Source of the DNA: an uncultured Muribaculaceae bacterium
Lineage (GTDB): Bacteria; Pseudomonadota; Alphaproteobacteria; Rs-D84
Reading direction: 5' to 3'
Assembly (NCBI GenBank): GCA_965231035.1
Contig: OZ246409.1
Span: 241,101-273,100 of the forward strand
Length of the DNA: 32,000 bases
Below the pieces are notes generated by a model. The model had not been told where the DNA came from, did not search any database, and worked only from the letters and a program-made list of their open reading frames with translations. How positions within the stretch are numbered: the stretch's first letter is position 1; the number at the start of each line of letters is the position of its first letter. Both the position numbers and the translations under genes were made by a program. Shown one piece after another: positions 25,310 to 32,000 of the stretch.

Positions 25310-25338
25310 ATTATACAGTTGTCCAATATATTGGACAA
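25310..25338 (-). promoter_or_regulatory. candidate promoter of the HTH gene, with -35 and spacer covered by palindrome copy 13
   Basis: On the minus strand: TTGTCC (25338-25333), 17 nt, TATAAT (25315-25310), 26 nt upstream of the ATG at 25283. The palindrome at 25320-25337 occupies the -35 and spacer, a typical autorepression layout. Confidence 0.45.
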
Positions 25339-25525
25339 GGTTATTTTTATTTTCAAAACCTATAAAATAAGGAATATACTTATTATAAACCTGTCCAATA
25401 TATTGGACAGGTTTATATTATGCTTTTACACAGGCACGGACACAGATTATATAGATATAATACATATGTATGAATATTTTTGTCACCATGTGGTTAATTC
25501 CCCAGGATGACAATAAGAAAAAATT

Positions 25526-26050
25526 CTAAAAAGTTACATTTATAGTTTTTATAACTTTGTTTATTTCTTTCATTTCAGAAGATGCAAACTTTCCCAGAAC
25601 CCAATCGGCTGGATCCATTTGTAATTCAACATCACGTGGATGACCAATTCCGATTCTGATTCTGTGATATTCGTTTCCAACAAATTTATCAATTGATTTT
25701 ATACCGTTGTGCCCTGCACTGCCGCCGCCTGTTTTTTCACGAATCGAACCAACTGGTAAATCCATGTCGTCGTGTATCACAACCAAATTTTCAATTGGTA
25801 TTTTGTAAAACTGCATCAATGATTGAACAGGCACACCGCTGTTATTCATAAAAGTCTGAGGCTTGGCAAAAATAACTTTACGACCATTGACATCAACACT
25901 GGTTGTCAAAGCATCTTTTTCTTTTTTCCACGTAACATTTTCACCCGCCAAAAAATCCACAGCAACAAATCCAACATTATGTCTTGTCGCAGAATACTTG
26001 TCACCAGGATTTCCCAGACCAACTATTAAAAGAGGTTTATTTTCTTGCAC
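25526..26050 (-). CDS. pth: peptidyl-tRNA hydrolase
   Basis: LLIVGLGNPGDKYSATRHNVGF is the Pth signature. The track ORF extends to 26155, but that extension would overlap the divergent OMP gene and its RBS. GTG at 26050 (VQENKPLLIVGLGNPG) gives a normal N-terminus and has AAAGAG upstream. Confidence 0.9.
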   Translation of the reverse strand: MQENKPLLIVGLGNPGDKYSATRHNVGFVAVDFLAGENVTWKKEKDALTTSVDVNGRKVIFAKPQTFMNNSGVPVQSLMQFYKIPIENLVVIHDDMDLPVGSIREKTGGGSAGHNGIKSIDKFVGNEYHRIRIGIGHPRDVELQMDPADWVLGKFASSEMKEINKVIKTINVTF

Positions 26051-26097
26051 ATTTAACTCTTTATATTCTATTATATTATTACACAAAGGAGAAAAAT

Positions 26098-26637
26098 ATG
26101 AAATTAAAAACAACCGGTCTTTTGACATTGGTTTCTGTAATGGGTTTTGCCGCAAATGCTAATGCTGGCATGTTGGTAGATTTATATGCTGGCGGTACAT
26201 TTGGATCTGGCGGAATGACCGTGTTTAATGATAAAGATAAAATCAGCGACACCAGCACCAGCTATGGTGCAGTTTTTGGTATTGATATTCCTGTTGTTCG
26301 TGTCGAGGCTGAATATAATTATTTGAATGGCAAAGATGTAAATATGAGCTTGGGCATGTTGAATGCTTATTTGAAAATGCCTGCAACAGTTATTAAACCT
26401 TATCTGGGTGTTGGTGTTGGTACTGCTTTTGGTGGAAAATATGCAGATACAATTGATATTGATACAACAGCCGCTTATCAAGGTATGTTGGGTATAACTT
26501 TTGACTTGCCACAATTGCCTGTAAAGTTTGATGTCGAAGGTCGTGCGGTTTATGTTCCAGACATTATTGAAGTTATGACAATAAAACCAGATATGTTGAA
26601 TTACGATCTGCGCTTGAAAGTTCGTTATGTATTTTAA
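26098..26637 (+). CDS. small outer-membrane beta-barrel protein (OmpA-like/Opacity-porin type, ~8 strands)
   Basis: Start moved to the ATG at 26098 (AAAGGAGAAAAAT RBS). Signal peptide MKLKTTGLLTLVSVMGFAANANA. It has alternating G/aromatic strands and the C-terminal ...LRLKVRYVF. Confidence 0.75.
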   Translation: MKLKTTGLLTLVSVMGFAANANAGMLVDLYAGGTFGSGGMTVFNDKDKISDTSTSYGAVFGIDIPVVRVEAEYNYLNGKDVNMSLGMLNAYLKMPATVIKPYLGVGVGTAFGGKYADTIDIDTTAAYQGMLGITFDLPQLPVKFDVEGRAVYVPDIIEVMTIKPDMLNYDLRLKVRYVF

Positions 26638-26647
26638 ATAAACTTAT

Positions 26648-26672
26648 CAGGGCAGTAAAACTGCCCTGTTTT
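26648..26672 (+). terminator. rho-independent terminator after the small OMP gene
   Basis: CAGGGCAG-TAAAA-CTGCCCTG followed by TTTT. Confidence 0.8.
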
Positions 26673-26690
26673 GACTTATAACTATTAACT

Positions 26691-29420
26691 ATGCTGACAC
26701 TGATTGACGGAAACTCTTTACTGTTTCGTGCTTACTACGGAGTGCATTCACGCCTGACACGGGGTGATGGAACGCCTACGGGTGCTGTCTATGGTTTTTA
26801 CAGCATGCTGTTACCTATTCTGGCGGCTGCATCGCCTGATGATTTCTTTGTATGTGTTTTTGATGCTGCACGCAAAAATTTCAGAAATGATATTTATCCA
26901 GAATACAAAGCAAACCGAATCGACCCACCCGCTGATCTAGTTGCCCAAATGGAATTGGCGCGCGAAGCTGCTCGTTCTATGGGTATGCCTGTGCTTTCAA
27001 TTGCTGACGTCGAGGCTGACGATGTTATCGCAACGTTATCAAATATTTTTTGCACCCATGACGGCGGAACCAGAATTATTACCAGTGACAAAGATTTAAT
27101 GCAGCTGGTATCACCTTGTATATTTTTATTCGATGGAATGAAAGAACTTGATATCCGTGAACCACAAGTTTTTGAAAAATTTGGGGTTACCCCAGACAAA
27201 GTTATCGAAGTCCAAAGTTTAATTGGCGATTCGTCAGATAATGTCCCAGGCGTTCCAGGAATTGGACCAAAGAAAGCAGCCGAACTGATAAATAAATTCG
27301 GAACACTGGAAAGGTTGTATGAAAATATCAAGCAGGTTGAAAATGACCGAATCAGAAATCTGCTGATTGAACACGAAAATAAGGCACGCGTTTCAAAACA
27401 ACTTGTTACTTTGAAAACTGATGTTGATTTGAATGGTATGAAATTATCGCACTTCAGGTTTGATAAAAAAAGCGCAATGGAATTTGTAAAGGATAAAATA
27501 GAAAGCAATTCTTTGGCTGCACGAATCGAAAAAATGTTTCCAGCTGATATGGAACTTTCTTTGTCTGCGGCAGAAGAAAAACTGGAGATAAAAACCAAAG
27601 CACCCGTACGGGATGCAAAATTCAAAACTATTCTGAATGAAAAAGATCTGGTCGAATTTTTATCAACAATAAAAGATGTTTTGGCTATTGATACTGAAAC
27701 AACCGGTCTGGATCAAATGCAGGATAAAATTGTTGGTATATCTTTGGCATCCAGCTCTGAATACGGTGTTTACATTCCGATTCGACACAAAAACAGACAG
27801 ACTGATTTATTCGGTGACAAAGAAATTATTGCTCCAACACAACTTTCTATTGATTCCGTAAAAAAGAAACTGTGGCCATTCTTGGTAAATCAAAAAATTA
27901 TAAAAATTGGGCATAATCTGAAATACGATTTGCACATTTTGGCAAACGAAGGATGGGATACAGCTGCTATTGAACCGATTGATGACACAATGCTGATGTC
28001 TTATGTTTTGCATGGCACTTTGCATACACACGGATTGGACGAGCTAGCACGTGTTTATTTGGATCATGAAAATATTTCTTTTGATTCACTTTTTGCACCA
28101 AAGGATAAAGAAAAACATTTTGATACTGTCAGTATTGATAACGCCGCACCATATTCGGCCGAAGATTCTTATATTTGCTTTGCGTTGTATGAATTATTCC
28201 GCGAAAAATTAAACAAGAATGAAAAGTTGAAAAAGTTATATGAAAACTGCGACCTGCCCTTGCTACCTATTTTACTAAAAGTTGAACGCAATGGTGTTAT
28301 GGTTGATAAAAATAAACTGAACCATCTTTCTAAAATCTTTCATATACAACTGACAACTTTGGAAAAAGATATTTGGGGTATGACTGGACACGAGTTTAAT
28401 ATCGCCAGCCCAAAGCAATTGGCGACTGTTTTATTCGATGAATTAAAATTATCAGCAAATAAAAAACGTTCCACCGATGCGGATGCATTGACCGAATTGA
28501 TGGAACATCATCCAATTGTTGAAAAGATATTAAATTGGCGGTCTATTGCGAAGTTGGCAGGAACTTACGCGGACGCTTTGCCGCGCCAAATTGGAAATGA
28601 CGGTCGCATTCATACAACATATTTACAAACCAGTACAAATACTGGACGACTTTCCAGTCGCGATCCAAACCTGCAAAACATTCCAATTAAAACCGAACTG
28701 GGTGAAGAAATTCGCAAATGTTTTGTTGCACCAGAAAATCGTGTTTTAATTTCCGCAGATTATTCTCAGATTCAATTAAGATTACTGGCAGATGTTGCAG
28801 ATGTAAAAATGTTCAAAGAAACTTTCCAAAAAAATCTGGATATTCATGAACAGACTGCACGTAAAATTTTCGGAATTGCTGCCGATTCACCCGTACCTAA
28901 GGATTTACGTCGTGCTGCCAAAACTGTAAACTTTTCAATTATATATGGAATATCATCTTTTGGATTGGCGGCACAGTTAAATGTATCCCGGTCCGAGGCA
29001 CAAAATATTATAAATTCTTATATGGCTGGGTTGCCTGAAATTAAAAACTATATGGAAAAAATAAAGGCTTTTGTGACCGACCATTCATGTGTTTATACCC
29101 CATGGGGTCGCAGAATAGAATTACCAGATATAAAAAATCCACGCCTGCGTGCTTATGCACTGCGTGCTGCGATTAATGCGCCAATTCAGGGTTTTGAAGC
29201 TGACCTGATGCGATTTGCAATGGTAAAAATCGATAAGAAGCTTGAAAACAATCCGCATATAAAAATGATTATGCAGGTACACGATGAAATGGTATTCGAA
29301 TGTGACCGTGATATGGCCGAAGAGTTTGCAAAACAAATAAAATCTGAAATGGAATCTGTTGCAAAACTTTCTGTACCACTGTTGGCTGAATACAACATTG
29401 ATACATCTTGGGGAAAATAA
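26691..29420 (+). CDS. polA: DNA polymerase I (5'-3' exonuclease, 3'-5' exonuclease and polymerase domains)
   Basis: MLTLIDGNSLLFRAYYG marks the 5' nuclease domain. AIDTETTGL is the Exo I motif. ADYSQIQLRLLA is motif A, RRAAKTVNFSIIYG is motif B and QVHDEMVFE is motif C. 909 aa. Confidence 0.97.
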   Translation: MLTLIDGNSLLFRAYYGVHSRLTRGDGTPTGAVYGFYSMLLPILAAASPDDFFVCVFDAARKNFRNDIYPEYKANRIDPPADLVAQMELAREAARSMGMPVLSIADVEADDVIATLSNIFCTHDGGTRIITSDKDLMQLVSPCIFLFDGMKELDIREPQVFEKFGVTPDKVIEVQSLIGDSSDNVPGVPGIGPKKAAELINKFGTLERLYENIKQVENDRIRNLLIEHENKARVSKQLVTLKTDVDLNGMKLSHFRFDKKSAMEFVKDKIESNSLAARIEKMFPADMELSLSAAEEKLEIKTKAPVRDAKFKTILNEKDLVEFLSTIKDVLAIDTETTGLDQMQDKIVGISLASSSEYGVYIPIRHKNRQTDLFGDKEIIAPTQLSIDSVKKKLWPFLVNQKIIKIGHNLKYDLHILANEGWDTAAIEPIDDTMLMSYVLHGTLHTHGLDELARVYLDHENISFDSLFAPKDKEKHFDTVSIDNAAPYSAEDSYICFALYELFREKLNKNEKLKKLYENCDLPLLPILLKVERNGVMVDKNKLNHLSKIFHIQLTTLEKDIWGMTGHEFNIASPKQLATVLFDELKLSANKKRSTDADALTELMEHHPIVEKILNWRSIAKLAGTYADALPRQIGNDGRIHTTYLQTSTNTGRLSSRDPNLQNIPIKTELGEEIRKCFVAPENRVLISADYSQIQLRLLADVADVKMFKETFQKNLDIHEQTARKIFGIAADSPVPKDLRRAAKTVNFSIIYGISSFGLAAQLNVSRSEAQNIINSYMAGLPEIKNYMEKIKAFVTDHSCVYTPWGRRIELPDIKNPRLRAYALRAAINAPIQGFEADLMRFAMVKIDKKLENNPHIKMIMQVHDEMVFECDRDMAEEFAKQIKSEMESVAKLSVPLLAEYNIDTSWGK

Positions 29421-29436
29421 GATTAAATTTGATATT

Positions 29437-29464
29437 AAAAAATCCGCCAAATGGCGGATTTTTT
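29437..29464. terminator. bidirectional rho-independent terminator between polA and the DsbA-family gene
   Basis: AAAAAATCCGCC-AAAT-GGCGGATTTTTT: a perfect stem with an A-run on one side and a T-run on the other, between two convergent stops (29420 and 29486). Confidence 0.8.
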
Positions 29465-29485
29465 ATTTATTCAAATCGCAATGAA

Positions 29486-30310
29486 TTATTTGTTCAAAGC
29501 ATCATTGATTTGTTCAAATGGGATTGCACCTGGGAAAGCACGATCGCCAATGATCAAGTATGGTGTTCCATTGATTTGGAAACGTTGTGCCAATTCGCGA
29601 ACTTGACCCAATTCACGTGCAACAACTGGACCATTCATGTCAGCTTCCAGCTTTTTAACATCCAAACCAACATCTTTTGCCATTTTCATAACGTTTGCAT
29701 GAACTTTTTCACCAATTTTTGATTGATCTTTCAAATCAGCTTGTGAATAGAATTCTTTGCTCATCATCATTGCATCAAGTGCGGCAGCTTTGTCATCACC
29801 CTGCATTTTTGCAGCAATAGATGCGCGTGCAGCTGCATCAGACAATGGTCCATGGATCGAGAAGTTCTTTAAAACGATGCGAACATCTTTGCGAGAATCC
29901 AATACACGTTTCAGCTCTGCATGAACACGGCGGCAATATGGGCATGAATAATCGCTGAACAAGAAGATTGTCTTGTCTGCGTTAACATTTCCCAAAACTG
30001 GAGCATCAGCCATCATTTTGTCCATATTATCACGAACATAGCTGCGAACCATTTTGGAACTTTCCATATTTTTCTGTTCCTGCATACCTGTTGCCATTTC
30101 TTGCAAGATAGCTGGGTTTACAGATGTCAGATAGTATGGAGTCCACAGACGGCATACAGAACCAGCAATTAATATAATCGCCAGAATTTTTGTTGAGTTT
30201 TTAACAAGATCCATTCTGGAATCCTGAGCTTTGCTATTTTGTTTGATCAGTTTGCCACCGAACAAATAAAGAGCTATACCCAAAACCAGAACCAGTATTG
30301 TCCAAGTCAT
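29486..30310 (-). CDS. membrane-anchored DsbA-family thiol:disulfide oxidoreductase
   Basis: The N-terminal TM anchor is MTWTILVLVLGIALYLFGG. The thioredoxin-fold active site is FSDYSCPYCRRVH (CPYC). 274 aa. Confidence 0.8.
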   Translation of the reverse strand: MTWTILVLVLGIALYLFGGKLIKQNSKAQDSRMDLVKNSTKILAIILIAGSVCRLWTPYYLTSVNPAILQEMATGMQEQKNMESSKMVRSYVRDNMDKMMADAPVLGNVNADKTIFLFSDYSCPYCRRVHAELKRVLDSRKDVRIVLKNFSIHGPLSDAAARASIAAKMQGDDKAAALDAMMMSKEFYSQADLKDQSKIGEKVHANVMKMAKDVGLDVKKLEADMNGPVVARELGQVRELAQRFQINGTPYLIIGDRAFPGAIPFEQINDALNK

Positions 30311-30397
30311 AGTTTTTCTCCTTTTAAGTTGAACGAAAGGAATCCTAGCAAATTTTCACGAAATCGCAAGAGAAAATATTTTATATATTTTTGTCAA

Positions 30398-31060
30398 CTA
30401 TATCTTTAAGGTATTTCTGGACGTAGGCAGAATTCCGCAGTGGTGTTCATAAATTTTCAAAAGAAATTTTTTCATAACTTCCAGATCCAAAGGCAGTCTA
30501 AAAAGTTTATCTAAATATGGTTTTGCACATTCATCACACACTGCACGACCCGTGCGGGGGGACAAATAATTCAAATTTTCTGTTTTATGGCAATTTGAAC
30601 ATTTGGTTAAATCCAAAGCATATCCCAATTCTTGCAATAAATTCACTTCCCAAGACAAATAAATATTTTTTATTTCATCTTTACCTTCTGTCATTGAAAG
30701 TTTTTTTAACATTTCATCTGTGTGAATAAACAAATCAGAATATGTTTCGCGCTCTGGCAACAAAGTTGCTATTAATGAAAAAGCAGAATTCATACAGCTT
30801 AATTTAATTGGATTCATCATTAAAATCGCACCCAGATTTTTTTCTGATTCCCAATGAAAAACTCCCAGCTGGGAATCCACACGCGCATTCCAAGATGAAT
30901 TTCCAATTTGCCCAACCAGTGCCCTATTCTTTTTTGCAACTTGGGCTCCACGAATCATTCCACACAGCAAACCAAAATCACGTGTAAAAATCCGCGCAAC
31001 ACTATCGCGTTCCCCAAATGGTCGAAGTTCAATTAAAATTCCAACAGATTCCATTTTCAT
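30398..31060 (-). CDS. recO: DNA repair protein RecO
   Basis: The N-terminal OB-fold region is GILIELRPFGERDSVARIFTRDFGL. It has a C4 zinc motif, CSNC...(x16)...CDEC. 220 aa. Confidence 0.85.
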   Translation of the reverse strand: MKMESVGILIELRPFGERDSVARIFTRDFGLLCGMIRGAQVAKKNRALVGQIGNSSWNARVDSQLGVFHWESEKNLGAILMMNPIKLSCMNSAFSLIATLLPERETYSDLFIHTDEMLKKLSMTEGKDEIKNIYLSWEVNLLQELGYALDLTKCSNCHKTENLNYLSPRTGRAVCDECAKPYLDKLFRLPLDLEVMKKFLLKIYEHHCGILPTSRNTLKI

Positions 31061-31096
31061 GGTTTGATTATAAAATTAAAAATATATAAAAAGAAT

Positions 31097-31120
31097 AAAA
31101 AAATCCGCCATTCGGCGGAT
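31097..31120 (-). terminator. rho-independent terminator after rplI
   Basis: On the minus strand: ATCCGCC-GAAT-GGCGGAT followed by 7 T (plus-strand A-run 31097-31103). It begins 6 nt after the rplI stop. Confidence 0.75.
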
Positions 31121-31125
31121 AATTT

Positions 31126-31791
31126 TTATTCTGCAACTTCAGCTTTTTTTGCCCTTGGCTTTCTGGCTGGTTTTTCAGATTTTTCTTCTTCTGATTTTTC
31201 AGCCTTGGCAGCCTTGGCAGTTTTTGCCGGCTTTTCAGATTTTTCTACAACTTCTTCTGTTGTTGATTTTTCTTCTTCGACTTCTTCAACTTTTTTGGTT
31301 CCAAAAGTCAAAACTTTACCAGCAACCAAAGCATCAATTTCATCTTGGGTCTGTGCGACATAAACTTTGACAGGAACAATTACATCTGCATGTAATGCTA
31401 CTTTGGTATCAAAGCTGCCAACTGTTTTGATTGGTGTGCCCAACATAACTTGTGCTGAATCAACGCGTACACCTGCAACACCTGCCAACATACGTGCAAT
31501 ATCGCGACTGGATACAGAACCATACAATTGACCTGTATCACCTGCCTGACGAATCATATGCAATTTTGCATTCTTGACTGCATCAACATAACCTTCAGCA
31601 GTTTTCTTGGCTGCTTCTTGTCTGGCGTGCAATTCTGCTTTCTTGGATTCAAATATTGCAATGTTTGCTGCAGACCAGCGCATAGCTTTGGCATTTGGCA
31701 ACAAATAGTTTCTGGCAAATCCTGTTTTAACTTCGACTGTATCGCCGATGTTTCCAAGTTTGTTTATTTTTTCTGTTAAAATTATTTTCAT
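31126..31791 (-). CDS. rplI: 50S ribosomal protein L9 with ~70-aa K/E/A-rich C-terminal extension
   Basis: MKIILTEKINKLGNIGDTVEVKTGFARNYLLPNAKA is the L9 signature. At 221 aa the protein is longer than the ~150 aa usual for L9. Confidence 0.95.
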   Translation of the reverse strand: MKIILTEKINKLGNIGDTVEVKTGFARNYLLPNAKAMRWSAANIAIFESKKAELHARQEAAKKTAEGYVDAVKNAKLHMIRQAGDTGQLYGSVSSRDIARMLAGVAGVRVDSAQVMLGTPIKTVGSFDTKVALHADVIVPVKVYVAQTQDEIDALVAGKVLTFGTKKVEEVEEEKSTTEEVVEKSEKPAKTAKAAKAEKSEEEKSEKPARKPRAKKAEVAE

Positions 31792-31853
31792 TTTATCTGT
31801 CCTTTTTTATAAGTTAGGGATAATCCCAAATATTTAGTTTTTAAATTTATTAG

Positions 31854-31957
31854 AAATTAAATTATGTGAGATGATTGTAAGCGTCTCATCAGACCCGACG
31901 TGTACAAGTGCTACACGAGGGTCTGTGAACGCAACAAGCGTCCACAGAATTTAATTT
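31854..31957 (-). other. GC-enriched multi-hairpin element in the rpsR-rplI spacer
   Basis: Three adjacent hairpins:
- H1 31867-31888, 7 bp.
- H2 31890-31925, 13 bp with a small internal loop.
- H3 31923-31947, 10 bp. Its single non-Watson-Crick position is G-U on the transcribed minus strand.
All three are enclosed by a 10-nt perfect A/T complement (31854-31863 pairs with 31948-31957). Confidence 0.4.
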
Positions 31958-32000
31958 AACCCAGGTTGTTTCTTACGAATGGTACTAATCCCAAATGACG
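31956..32000 (-). CDS. rpsR: 30S ribosomal protein S18, last 14 codons only
   Basis: The minus-strand frame reads ...RHLGLVPFVRNNLG* and stops at 31958-31956. It resembles the S18 C-terminus (A-R-x-L-x-L-L-P-Y/F-V), and rpsR-rplI synteny fits. The fragment is very short. Confidence 0.5.
   Translation of the reverse strand, partial: RHLGLVPFVRNNLG

Larger units (their letters stand above)
24116..25409. repeat. array of 14 copies of the 18-bp palindrome TGTCCAATATATTGGACA
   Basis: - Nine perfect copies start at 24116, 24186, 24293, 24367, 24437, 24511, 24731, 25320 and 25392.
- Five one-mismatch copies start at 24596, 24816 and 24951 (ending ...GGATA) and at 24661 and 24881 (...TTAGACA).
- The first 12 copies are spaced 65-107 bp apart, mostly 65-85 bp.
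- The last two copies lie on the other side of the HTH gene. Confidence 0.97.

Noticed and set aside
24116-25409. CRISPR array interpretation of the regularly spaced 18-bp repeats
   Set aside because: The repeat is too short and fully palindromic. Spacing is irregular (65-107 bp). The 'spacers' are themselves duplicated or homologous to each other. No cas genes or leader are present.
24116-25409. Chromosomal or plasmid replication origin (oriC-like) reading of the palindrome plus 12-mer region
   Set aside because: I find no DnaA-box-like TTATCCACA/TGTGGATAA motifs. There is no rep, dnaA, dnaN or par gene nearby. The surrounding genes are not typical origin neighbours. I keep it only as a low-probability alternative under the 12-bp repeat finding.
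24279-25510. Small ORFs inside the array (for example 24284-24529 minus, 24563-24760 plus, 24753-25019 plus, 25319-25510 plus) as real genes
   Set aside because: Their recurring 'MSNILD' and 'CPIYW' peptides are just translations of the palindrome in different frames. The ORFs exist on both strands because of the dyad symmetry. They lack RBSs and have low-complexity AT-driven composition.
26051-26155. Long N-terminal extension of pth (MRQNPLQKPMSKDRLF...)
   Set aside because: It would overlap the RBS and first codons of the divergent OMP gene (26098). It is not part of any Pth that I know. GTG at 26050 gives the conserved N-terminus directly.
26894-27625. 243-aa antisense ORF inside polA, and similar long antisense ORFs in PFOR (2250-2684, 3159-3611), ctp (5860-6378), tsf (12147-12665) and the MFS gene (8391-8810)
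   Set aside because: These are shadow ORFs opposite well-supported genes. Their compositions are S/F/I/L-rich and low in complexity, with no RBS or recognisable motifs.
29441-29460. The polA/DsbA terminator and the rplI terminator (31102-31120) share the stem AATCCGCC/GGCGGATT, considered as a dispersed repeat element
   Set aside because: Only the ~8-bp stem is shared. The loops and flanks differ. Two occurrences of a short GC stem in terminators are compatible with chance or convergence.
31821-31831. The 11-mer TAATCCCAAAT occurs upstream of rplI and again at 31986-31996 inside rpsR
   Set aside because: It is a single short repeat, with one copy in coding sequence. No symmetry or conserved spacing suggests a binding site. 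The local GGGATAATCCC dyad at about 31817-31827 is noted but too short to call.
31886-31892. Hammerhead ribozyme: the minus-strand RNA contains the core heptamer CUGAUGA next to a hairpin, within a three-helix junction
   Set aside because: After the putative helix II the sequence is UCACAUAAU rather than the obligatory GAAA. No GAAA lies within reach. A 7-mer is expected by chance several times in 64 kb of two-strand sequence.

Overview
This is an AT-rich chromosomal segment from a Gram-negative bacterium, and almost all genes lie on the minus strand. CdnL/CarD, a BamE-like lipoprotein, the EnvC-like/Ctp pair and single-chain PFOR suggest an anaerobic, possibly alphaproteobacterial (gut-type) lineage. 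That placement is inference only.

The flanks are ordinary housekeeping:
- Left flank (1-13.7 kb): carD-family gene, PFOR, bamE-like, ctp, M23/EnvC-like, MFS, tyrS, tsf, rpsB.
- Right flank (25.5-32 kb): pth, a small OM beta-barrel, polA, a DsbA-family oxidoreductase, recO, rplI and the end of rpsR.

The centre (about 13.7-25.5 kb) is an accessory block with no family I can name with certainty. It contains:
- Three translationally coupled, equal-length (242 aa) paralogs of a Pol-beta-type nucleotidyltransferase. They sit in one tight operon with three Sec-exported proteins, two of them cysteine-rich.
- A 510-aa OM beta-barrel with a Q/N/Y-rich N-terminal tract.
- tRNA-Leu(GAG).
- A 1002-aa exported protein with about 40 cysteines, a lipoprotein, and a 322-aa exported Cys-rich protein with eukaryote-like Cys-repeat motifs.
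- A 1.3-kb non-coding array of 14 copies of the 18-bp palindrome TGTCCAATATATTGGACA. The array has nested near-identical tandem duplications and surrounds an orphan antitoxin-type HTH gene, whose predicted promoter is overlapped by one palindrome.

The NTase triplet operon and the palindrome array with its HTH gene are my lead candidates for undescribed biology.

All calls come from reading the sequence and the ORF track. No similarity, HMM or folding software was run, so domain names are from memory and start codons are best guesses.
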